Made by a program: the position numbers and the translations under genes. Of a stretch of 64,000 nt of DNA, positions 1-7,715 are shown in pieces. How positions within the stretch are numbered: the first letter of the stretch is position 1; the number at the start of each line of letters is the position of its first letter. Origin of the DNA: Candidatus Velthaea sp. (GTDB lineage Bacteria > Vulcanimicrobiota > Vulcanimicrobiia > Vulcanimicrobiales > Vulcanimicrobiaceae); NCBI GenBank assembly GCA_965214935.1, contig CBDCCS010000021.1, positions 64,001 through 128,000 on the forward strand. Direction: 5' to 3'. The notes below the pieces were generated by a model that had not been told where the DNA came from, did no database searches, and saw only the letters and a program-made list of their open reading frames with translations.

Positions 1-1911
1 CAGCAGCGAGATCGCAAGCGGCGTATGCAGATGGGAGAACGTATCGATGAGATCGCCGGACCCCATGCCGATACATAGTACCAGCAGCCAGCCCGCCCAG
101 CGCCGGTCACCGGCAAAGAGCGCCGGAACGAGCATCATCGCCGGAAAGCCGATCAAGAACTCTTTAAAGCGCGGCCGCACGCTTAGAACGGTCGTTAGAT
201 GCGAACGCAGCGCCAACTCGAACGACGACGGCGCGATATCGCTTTGATTGCCGCTGCGAGCTTGCAGCACGTAGGCGCCGCCGATGATGATGACGCCGAG
301 CACGAGTTGGTAGAAACGCACCGGTGAGGCCGACGCCGCCAGCGGATCGCCGATGCGCGCGCCCCACAAGGGCGTGAGCAGATACAGCCCGAGTGCAATG
401 AGCGGCGGCAGCAGCAACACGAGCCGTACGCCGAAAAAACGGTCGGCTTCAACCATTGTAAGCGGAGTCGATAAGAGCCCGACGATGACGAGCGCACCAG
501 CCAGCGTGACGATCGTTGCTAGCCCGAGAACGCGCAGTCCATGGACGATCGCAAATCGCACCTTCGTGCCGTGCGGCGGGCGCAGCGCAAAGTACGGCGC
601 AATCGTCGCAACGCCGGCGACCGGAAAAATAATGCCGGCGACGAGCCCGAGCAGTTTACGCGCGACCATGTCGTGATGCACCGCGTAAGCAGCGACAATA
701 ACGAGTAGATTGACTCCGACCGCAGCGAGTAACCCGCGGCGGTCGTGCAAGCCGAGCGTATCGAGGAGCAACAGCAGCATGGCCGGGATCGCCAGCGACA
801 CGAGGATCACGAGCCACGGCTGCACGACGAACGGATAGATCGGCGAAGCACCGCCCAACCGGTAACCGTCACGCCTGACTCCGTCGGCGAGCTGACGCAC
901 GAGCTGCACGTTGGTCGCCTCAATCGAGAGCGGTCCTTTGCCGACATCCCATTGGTGCGCAAACGGCCGTAAATAGATCACGCGGATGTTCCGTTCGCGC
1001 ACGCCTAAAAGATAACGTTCGACGATCTCACGCGGCTGCAACTTGTCCTGTTCGATTTTGGAGATCGCTTGAACGCGAACGATGTGACCGGAAATTTTTC
1101 GCGCCAAATCGTCCGCACCGGCTTGTACTTGTTTGGGATCGTAGGTCTCGATATCGCCGAAATTAAACTTCGTCCGCCGGAACATCGCGGCGGTTGCGTC
1201 GATTGCATTCGGATAACCCAAGACTTGATTGCGCAAACCGAAGAAGACGAGCGTGCGAACCCGCGCGCCGTGCGCTGCGGCAGCGACAAGCGCATCGATT
1301 TGCTTTGCATCGAAGCGTTCGTCGTTTTGCAGTCGTGGCACCAGAAGTAGATGCAGGCGCTTGACTAAATTCACCCGATCCGCCGAGATGCCCAAACCGA
1401 TACTTGCGAAATAGTCGCTTTGCGTGCGCACGGCGAAGATGACCGGCAGCGATGCACGCAAGACGCGTACGGTCCGGGGTGCAAATTTCAACCCAAGTTG
1501 CGTCCGGTAACGGTTTGCGGTTGCCGCATCGTACGCGAACAGATACACTTCGTCCGGCCGCAGGCCGCCGCTGCGCGCCAGTTGCGCTAACACCGGGTCG
1601 CCGAGCGCGCCGATTCGCGATTGCCCGAGCAGCGTCGTCCCGGCGTAAACGGCGCCGCCGCCCGACGCCGAGACGCCGCTGCCGAGTTCTTCAGCGACGG
1701 CGAGCGATGTTAGACCGGCCGCTTTGAGCGACCTTAGAAACGTCGGCTGATCGTACCCGTACGAGCGGGCGAGCGACGCGAAGTCGGCGTCATCCATGAC
1801 GATCTCGACGTTGCGCGCTTGAGCTTCATGCTGAACGCGTCGCGCAGCGACATAGCCCGCCGCCAGCAATCCGATTGCAAGCAGTAGATAAAGGACACGC
1901 CGATACGTCAC
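1..1911 (-). CDS. DUF5693-family membrane protein (3' end runs off the window)
   Basis: Absent from the ORF track because it has no stop in the window. GTG at 1911 overlaps the upstream stop (GTGA). Reads MTYRRVLYLLLAIGLLAAG...; distal motifs RSGN, RPRFKEFLIGFP and DTFSHLHTPL are typical of this family. Confidence 0.75.
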   Translation of the reverse strand, partial: MTYRRVLYLLLAIGLLAAGYVAARRVQHEAQARNVEIVMDDADFASLARSYGYDQPTFLRSLKAAGLTSLAVAEELGSGVSASGGGAVYAGTTLLGQSRIGALGDPVLAQLARSGGLRPDEVYLFAYDAATANRYRTQLGLKFAPRTVRVLRASLPVIFAVRTQSDYFASIGLGISADRVNLVKRLHLLLVPRLQNDERFDAKQIDALVAAAAHGARVRTLVFFGLRNQVLGYPNAIDATAAMFRRTKFNFGDIETYDPKQVQAGADDLARKISGHIVRVQAISKIEQDKLQPREIVERYLLGVRERNIRVIYLRPFAHQWDVGKGPLSIEATNVQLVRQLADGVRRDGYRLGGASPIYPFVVQPWLVILVSLAIPAMLLLLLDTLGLHDRRGLLAAVGVNLLVIVAAYAVHHDMVARKLLGLVAGIIFPVAGVATIAPYFALRPPHGTKVRFAIVHGLRVLGLATIVTLAGALVIVGLLSTPLTMVEADRFFGVRLVLLLPPLIALGLYLLTPLWGARIGDPLAASASPVRFYQLVLGVIIIGGAYVLQARSGNQSDIAPSSFELALRSHLTTVLSVRPRFKEFLIGFPAMMLVPALFAGDRRWAGWLLVLCIGMGSGDLIDTFSHLHTPLAISLL

Positions 1912-2744
1912 GTCTCGATCTGTTCGCGTAAAAAGCGGACAAGCCGCCCGTTGACTTCGGCGGGCCGGTCGAGTTGCAGATAGTGTCCGCCACGCACGCG
2001 TTCATCGGCGAAGCGCGTACCCAACCGCCGGCGCAGGGTCTCCGTCAGTTCGCGCGAGCGCGCATTATATGCCAGCACCGGTACGTCGATATGCTCGGCA
2101 AACGGCAGGACGGCAAAGCCTTCGGGCCGTCCGAACGCCTCGAAAAACATCTTGGGATATTCGATGGGGACCTGACGGCGCTGATCGCGCCACGCCGCTT
2201 CCATGCGCCGCTTATCCTCGAAACTGTTAACGAACATCCAGCGCGAGATCGTGCGCGCGACGATACCGTCATTCATGAACGATGCGACCAGCGGTTTCAT
2301 GAGCGCGAGCGTGTATGGTTTGAACGGCCCGAGATCGTGCGCCGACCCGCCGTCGCCGTCGGGATACACGGGGTCGACAAGAACCAATCCCGCGATGCGT
2401 GCCGCGTCCTGCGCACCGAGCGCGACGGCCAGCAGTCCGCCCATCGAATGACCCGCAACGACGATTCCGCCTGCACTGAGTCGGCGAACTCGTTCGAGCG
2501 CTTCACGCGCATCGGTAAAGTAATCGGCTAAGCCGGCATCGCGAACGCGCGGTGCTGCGCCGTGGCCGCGCGCCTCCCACACAAAACAGCTGTAGCGCGA
2601 ACCGAACTCTTCGACTTGCGGCTTCCACGACCAGGCCCCACCGCCGACCCCGTGCAGAAAGAGCAGCGGCGGTCCGCTTCCGGCACCCGCAAGGTGCAGC
2701 ATGCCACCCGAAGGCAGCAACTTGGACCGTTCGACTTGACGCAC
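1908..2744 (-). CDS. Alpha/beta-fold hydrolase
   Basis: LLFLHG, GHSMGG nucleophile elbow, C-terminal GGHYLQLD catalytic His. Confidence 0.9.
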   Translation of the reverse strand: MRQVERSKLLPSGGMLHLAGAGSGPPLLFLHGVGGGAWSWKPQVEEFGSRYSCFVWEARGHGAAPRVRDAGLADYFTDAREALERVRRLSAGGIVVAGHSMGGLLAVALGAQDAARIAGLVLVDPVYPDGDGGSAHDLGPFKPYTLALMKPLVASFMNDGIVARTISRWMFVNSFEDKRRMEAAWRDQRRQVPIEYPKMFFEAFGRPEGFAVLPFAEHIDVPVLAYNARSRELTETLRRRLGTRFADERVRGGHYLQLDRPAEVNGRLVRFLREQIET

Positions 2745-2793
2745 GAGCGCCGGGTTCGGTACGCTGAGCCGTCGCTACTTCGTTGGAGTCGGA

Positions 2794-4059
2794 ATGTCCG
2801 TCGGAATCGGTCTTTTAGGGTGCGGCACGGTCGGCGGCGGAGTCGCACAAATGCTGGTCGAGAATGCCGCGGCAATCGCGCGCACCGGCGGCGTCCCGTT
2901 TACATTGCGCGCGGTCGCCGTGCGCGATCTGAGTAAATCGCGGCCGCCGATGATTTCGGCTGAACTGCTGAGCACGAACGCGCTCGATGTCGTCGAGCGG
3001 GACGACATCGCCGTAATCATCGAGTGCATCGGCGGTACCGGCGTTGCGAAAGCACTCGTCGAGCGTGCTCTCATGCGCGGTAAACACGTTGTAACCGCCA
3101 ACAAAGACTTGCTGGCGACCGACGGCCCGCGGCTGACCGCCCTCGCCGCCGGCCGCGGAGTAACATTGCACTATGAAGCCGCGGTCGGCGGAGCGATCCC
3201 GATCGTGCGCGCGCTAGCCGATTCGCTCGCCGGCGAAGATGTGCTCGAGGTCGGGGGCGTCCTTAACGGCACGACGAATTTCATCCTGAGCGAGATGACG
3301 CGCGGTGCGAGCTACGCCGCGGCGCTGGCGGAAGCCCAGCAACTCGGCTACGCCGAGACCGATCCGACCAGCGACGTCGAGGGATTTGATGCCGCGCATA
3401 AGCTGGCAATCCTAGCGCAACTCGCATTCCGCCAAGCGGTCACGTCGCCGCAGATTGCCCGCCGCGGCATAAGCGGGATCTCACGGGACGACGTTTCGCT
3501 TGGCCGGCGGATGGGCTGGCGGATCAAACTTCTGGCGTGTGCGCGCAGCGGCGCGGAGTTGCAGGCCAGCGTCTCACCGGCGTTCGTGCCGATCGCACAT
3601 CCGTTTGCCGAACCGATCGGTCCGAATAATTGCATTCGGGTGATCGGGCGAACGTCCGGAACGTTGACGTTTTCCGGTTCGGGTGCCGGCCGCGATCCCG
3701 CCGCTTCCGCCGTCATCGGTGACGTCATTGCGGCGCTGCGCCGGGTGACCGCCGTGCCGGACGAGCCGCCGCCGCTGAGTGCCGTCCCGGCCGGTACGAT
3801 TGCGCCGCTGCGCTTACCGCACGTCGTTCGTGTTTCATCGATGCGCGACGGCCGTCCGGCCGAACGCGCGCTGCTCGCCGCCGGTTTTAACGCGCGGTGC
3901 GATGCCGATGCACCGGCTGTCGTCGTTGCACCGATCGGTCTCGACGGCGTAACGGCCGTCGCCCGCGCGCTCGAGACGGCCGGCATAAACGCATTAGGCG
4001 TCTTGCCCCTATGGGATGATGGGGTCGGCCACGCGGTGCTCGCGCAGGACGTTGCCTAA
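2794..4059 (+). CDS. hom: Homoserine dehydrogenase
   Basis: GLLGCGTVG, VVTANK, EAAVGGAIP, GVLNGTTN, GYAETDPTSDVEGFDAAHK. Confidence 0.95.
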   Translation: MSVGIGLLGCGTVGGGVAQMLVENAAAIARTGGVPFTLRAVAVRDLSKSRPPMISAELLSTNALDVVERDDIAVIIECIGGTGVAKALVERALMRGKHVVTANKDLLATDGPRLTALAAGRGVTLHYEAAVGGAIPIVRALADSLAGEDVLEVGGVLNGTTNFILSEMTRGASYAAALAEAQQLGYAETDPTSDVEGFDAAHKLAILAQLAFRQAVTSPQIARRGISGISRDDVSLGRRMGWRIKLLACARSGAELQASVSPAFVPIAHPFAEPIGPNNCIRVIGRTSGTLTFSGSGAGRDPAASAVIGDVIAALRRVTAVPDEPPPLSAVPAGTIAPLRLPHVVRVSSMRDGRPAERALLAAGFNARCDADAPAVVVAPIGLDGVTAVARALETAGINALGVLPLWDDGVGHAVLAQDVA

Positions 4060-4060
4060 G

Positions 4061-5131
4061 GTGGACGCCGGACACACGAGCGACGTCAACATCGGCGCAC
4101 TCGAACTGTCAAACGGCGAGCGCATCGACGACGTCGTCCAGCGCGTCACGCGCTACGGCCGGCTCGATGACGCACGCGCGAACGTCGTGCTCGTGCCGCA
4201 CGCATTGACGGGTTCGAGCCGGGTGGCCGAATGGTGGAACGGGTTGATCGGCGCCGGCAAACTGTTCGATCCGGCGAAATGGTGCATTGTCGGGATTAAC
4301 GCGCTCGGCAGTTGTTACGGATCGACGGGCCCGGCGTCGCCCGCAGCCGACGGGACGCCGCTTGGTTCGCGGTTTCCGATCGTCAGCGTTACCGACATGG
4401 TCAACGCGCAGCGCCGCGCGCTCGAAATCTTAGGCCTCGATCGGATCGCCGTGGCAATCGGCGGTTCGCTCGGCGGAATGCAAGCGCTAACCTGGGCGCT
4501 CGATTATGGACCGGCAGTCGACCATTGCATCGTCGTCGGCGCGTACGACGCCTTCTCGGCGATGGGAATCGGCTTTAATGCAGTCGCCCGCCAAGCGATT
4601 GTCAACGATCCCCAATACGCCGGCGGCGATTATGCGCCCGACGTGCAGCCCACGCAAGGCGTGCGGCTTGCGCGCATGATCGCGATGTTGACCTACAAGA
4701 GCGACGTGCTGTTCGAGACGCGGTTCGGCAACCGGCTCGACCGTGCCGGCGGTGATCCGGCGCGGCGCCGCAGCGACCGTTTTGACGTCGAAGGGTACTT
4801 GGCATATCAGGGCGACATCTTCGCCAAGCGAATGGATGCAAACGCATACCTGGCGTTGACTCGTGCGATGGACCTCTTCGATGTGCGTGACCGGTGCCCC
4901 GACGATCGGACCACGCGGCTTACATTCGTCGGTATTGAAAATGACTGGCTGTTTCCACGCGAATATATTCGGCGCACTGCAGCACGGTATGCAGAGCTCG
5001 GTTACGACTGTTCGTATCATAATTTTGCGACCGAGCACGGACACGACGCATTTTTAGCCGAGGCCGATTCGCTGGGAGACATGCTTGCCGCCGACGTCCA
5101 CGGCCGCCGGAGAACAACAGAGCCCGCGTAA
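4061..5131 (+). CDS. metX: Homoserine O-acetyltransferase
   Basis: HALTG, GSCYGSTGP, GGSLGGMQA, HGHDAFL; GTG start 1 nt after the hom stop. Confidence 0.92.
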   Translation: MDAGHTSDVNIGALELSNGERIDDVVQRVTRYGRLDDARANVVLVPHALTGSSRVAEWWNGLIGAGKLFDPAKWCIVGINALGSCYGSTGPASPAADGTPLGSRFPIVSVTDMVNAQRRALEILGLDRIAVAIGGSLGGMQALTWALDYGPAVDHCIVVGAYDAFSAMGIGFNAVARQAIVNDPQYAGGDYAPDVQPTQGVRLARMIAMLTYKSDVLFETRFGNRLDRAGGDPARRRSDRFDVEGYLAYQGDIFAKRMDANAYLALTRAMDLFDVRDRCPDDRTTRLTFVGIENDWLFPREYIRRTAARYAELGYDCSYHNFATEHGHDAFLAEADSLGDMLAADVHGRRRTTEPA

Positions 5132-5311
5132 AGCGAGCTCTGCTGCCGTCGCGTAGCAGGTTGCCCTGCTACCGGGTGTGGGCGACGCCGTGTTGCCGCG
5201 CTGCAGCGCCCACCGCTGCATCAGTCGCCGTTCGTGCGCTTCTCGAACGTATCGGCGAATCGAAGCGCAGTCATGAGGGCCGCGGTACGGAATGAAACGA
5301 AGAGCGCCGGC

Positions 5312-5536
5312 ATGGATCTTGCCGGCTTGCGCCCTCTGTTCGGAAAAAACGTCGACGCTGCAACGTCGCTTGGTCCGAAATTCATCGGACGCCTCGAACC
5401 GATCGCCAACAGTTCGAGCGCGGTTACGTTGCTTGCCCTCGATGCTGCAACCGCCGCGCAATATGACTATGCCATCAACGGAGTCGCAGCGCTCGACATT
5501 AATTCGATCGTCTACATTCAGCCGTTAGCGCCGTAA
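5312..5536 (+). CDS. Small hypothetical protein (74 aa), possible Sm/LSm-like fold
   Basis: MDLAGLRPLFGKNVDAATSLGPKFIGRL...LDINSIVYIQPL; protein-like composition; start chosen at the internal ATG. Confidence 0.6.
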   Translation: MDLAGLRPLFGKNVDAATSLGPKFIGRLEPIANSSSAVTLLALDAATAAQYDYAINGVAALDINSIVYIQPLAP

Positions 5537-5618
5537 CGACGCCGCATTTTCGCCGGTCCGGCGGTCAAATTGAACGATCGGCAGCATCGCGCGAGCAAGG
5601 TGCGCTCACGCAGCAAGG

Positions 5619-5651
5619 TGGGTGAAGCTCGGATCGTCGGAGCTTCACCCA
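5619..5651. terminator. 12-bp perfect inverted repeat between convergent genes (possible terminator or stabiliser)
   Basis: tgggtgaagctc (5619-5630) pairs with gagcttcaccca (5640-5651); no clear U-tract. Confidence 0.45.
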
Positions 5652-5661
5652 AAGGTTCGCG

Positions 5662-6003
5662 TTAGGCGTTCGCCGTTTCTTTATCGAGATCGGCGCCGGC
5701 CTTCTCGAGCTGCTCGCCGAGCTGCGTCACCAGATCGTTTTTGTCGTCGGCCGATTTTGCAATTTTCGCGGTTTCTTTACCAAGTTTCGCCAAGAGCTTA
5801 CCGACTTTTTTGCCGTCGATTTCCGAGCTGCCCAGTTCATCATGCAGATGGCCGAGATCGGTCACGATCGCCTCGAAAGGTTTACCGTCGTAGCCTTTGA
5901 GTTCGGTTTGCCATGATTCAATGCTGTGCCGGGCCGCCGTAAGACCCATCGACGTTACGCCGTCCTTGAAATGCTTGATGGTCGTTTGCAAACGTTCAGA
6001 CAT
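5662..6003 (-). CDS. Hypothetical Lys/Glu-rich helical protein
   Basis: 113 aa, GAGG RBS upstream, strong G/C-ending codon bias. Confidence 0.8.
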   Translation of the reverse strand: MSERLQTTIKHFKDGVTSMGLTAARHSIESWQTELKGYDGKPFEAIVTDLGHLHDELGSSEIDGKKVGKLLAKLGKETAKIAKSADDKNDLVTQLGEQLEKAGADLDKETANA

Positions 6004-6146
6004 GGATTACCTCGGGTGTAAGCGTGCGATCGACACGTATACCCCCTCCTGATATGCATGCGTCCCAACATTCGTACCGCAACTGAGCCGACTCTAACAA
6101 CGCTTGTGCGCTTGACCGGCAACGGCTTGGCCGAGCCCTCGCCGTG

Positions 6147-6407
6147 CTAGTGCAAAGGCGTCGGACTACCTGCGCCGGCGGTAGCGAGTTGCGCGTCGAG
6201 AGCAAAGTGCCGCTCGATGCCTTCAACGCCGAAAATGCGTTTGACCGCGCATACGGCGGCGCGAGCGACCGATAAGTCGTGCACCGGACCAGACAGCGTG
6301 ACGACGCCGTTTTTAACGACGACATCGATGTCGGCGGATTTGCACCCGACATCATTCTTGAGCTCGTCGATAATTTGCAGTTGTAAATCGGAATCCGAAC
6401 GTAACAT
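6147..6407 (-). CDS. BON-domain protein
   Basis: SDSDLQLQIIDEL...IDVVVKNGVVTLSGPV...GVEGI matches the BON pattern. Confidence 0.85.
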   Translation of the reverse strand: MLRSDSDLQLQIIDELKNDVGCKSADIDVVVKNGVVTLSGPVHDLSVARAAVCAVKRIFGVEGIERHFALDAQLATAGAGSPTPLH

Positions 6408-6540
6408 AGTTGCCTCAGAAATGAACGGTTAAGGACGATAGTTTCTGGGCTCGATGACTCTGCCCCCGCCGAGGCATTCGCCGTGAACGAAACGGACGTG
6501 GGCGCGAGGCGTTTGCACGGCGAGTGTCAAGCTTAATGCG

Positions 6541-6891
6541 ATGATCGCAACCTTACTGGGCTTAATCGTCACGCTCGCTCCATACCATGGGCCGGCGCTG
6601 ATCGGAAGCGTCCCCGGAACCGCAAAGTTTTCGGTCGCCGTACGCGGCTCGTCGGGCGAGGCCGTCCATCTTGCAGCCGTCGACGTCCCCAAGGGTTACG
6701 TGGCGTCGTTTTGCACCGATCGCGTATGCGCGCCGTTTCATGTGACGTTATCGCTACCCGCGTCCGGCGTTCAAGAAATCGAACTGCAGTATATTCAGAA
6801 CGATGCTGTTTCGAGCAATCCGCAAATCGTGCGCGTAGCGGCGGACGGCGGCGCGCGGGCTTCGATCCGGTTTGCGCGCGCCGCGCACTAA
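6541..6891 (+). CDS. Small exported beta-rich protein with CxxxxC motif
   Basis: Hydrophobic N-terminus; FCTDRVC; alternating beta-strand pattern. Confidence 0.7.
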   Translation: MIATLLGLIVTLAPYHGPALIGSVPGTAKFSVAVRGSSGEAVHLAAVDVPKGYVASFCTDRVCAPFHVTLSLPASGVQEIELQYIQNDAVSSNPQIVRVAADGGARASIRFARAAH

Positions 6892-6970
6892 CGCACCTCG
6901 GGCGCACGCCGAACCTTAAATTTGGCCAAAGGCCGCAGTTGCGCCGGTTCGACTCGCGAAGCCCAGCGGC

Positions 6971-7639
6971 GTGTCGCAGAAGTGCGTGCCGCATTCCGGC
7001 GCGCTTAGCGCGTTAATCATTGCCTTCGCAGCATGTCTTGCGGCGCTCGTTTCGCATATCGGGATCGACATTGCGGGCGATTATTTGCTGCCGCACGACT
7101 CGTACGACGGCGTCGGACACCAGTCGCGCAGCGATGTCTTTGCGCTCGCTGCAATCATCGCAATCGCTACGCTCTTGCATTTCGTTGCCGGCACGATACG
7201 TGAAGCGCGCCTAACCTGCGGCGACGGGCGCGCGACGTTCGAGAAAAACTTTGGGCGCGCGCCGTGGCGGTGCGTCGGCGTTGTCGTCGTCCTGACGCTC
7301 GCATCGCTCGCAACGATGGAAGCAATGGATCTTGCCGCCGGCGGGAGCCCGATCGACGATCTTGCCGACCTCTTCGGCGGTTCGATGGCGCTGGGCTTGA
7401 GTATTTCCGTGCCGGTCGCGGCGTTAGCGGCCGCTGCCGCCCGAATCCTGGCGCGTTTCTTGCTCGTATCGCAACGTACGCTTGCCGTTGCATTGCAACG
7501 GCTCATCGCGCTCGCAACGCGTAGCGCCCGGCGCACGAGCGGGTGTATGCAGCGCCCTGGCCGCGTTGCACGACGCCGGTATCGCTCGGTCTCCGCACGA
7601 CGCTGCGCGAAGCGCGGCCCCCCGCTTTTCGCGAGCTGA
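6971..7639 (+). CDS. Multi-pass membrane protein with His/Asp loop and C-terminal RGPP motif (putative regulatory arrest peptide)
   Basis: About 4 hydrophobic segments, SHIGID...PHDSYDGVGH loop, Arg-rich tail ending KRGPPLFAS*. Confidence 0.75.
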   Translation: MSQKCVPHSGALSALIIAFAACLAALVSHIGIDIAGDYLLPHDSYDGVGHQSRSDVFALAAIIAIATLLHFVAGTIREARLTCGDGRATFEKNFGRAPWRCVGVVVVLTLASLATMEAMDLAAGGSPIDDLADLFGGSMALGLSISVPVAALAAAAARILARFLLVSQRTLAVALQRLIALATRSARRTSGCMQRPGRVARRRYRSVSARRCAKRGPPLFAS

Positions 7640-7715
7640 ACGTGCGCAGCGTCTCTGGTGACGCAGCGCCGGCAACGCGCACCGCTTGCGCGAAGCAACG
7701 TTTTGGGGAGCGAAC

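Noticed and set aside
47..1727. Many short ORFs listed in the track
   Set aside because: They are shadows of one long minus-strand DUF5693-like gene (1911 to <1) that the track missed.
2745..2793. SAM riboswitch or T-box upstream of hom-metX (also 55460-55530)
   Set aside because: The spacers are too short and lack the consensus elements.
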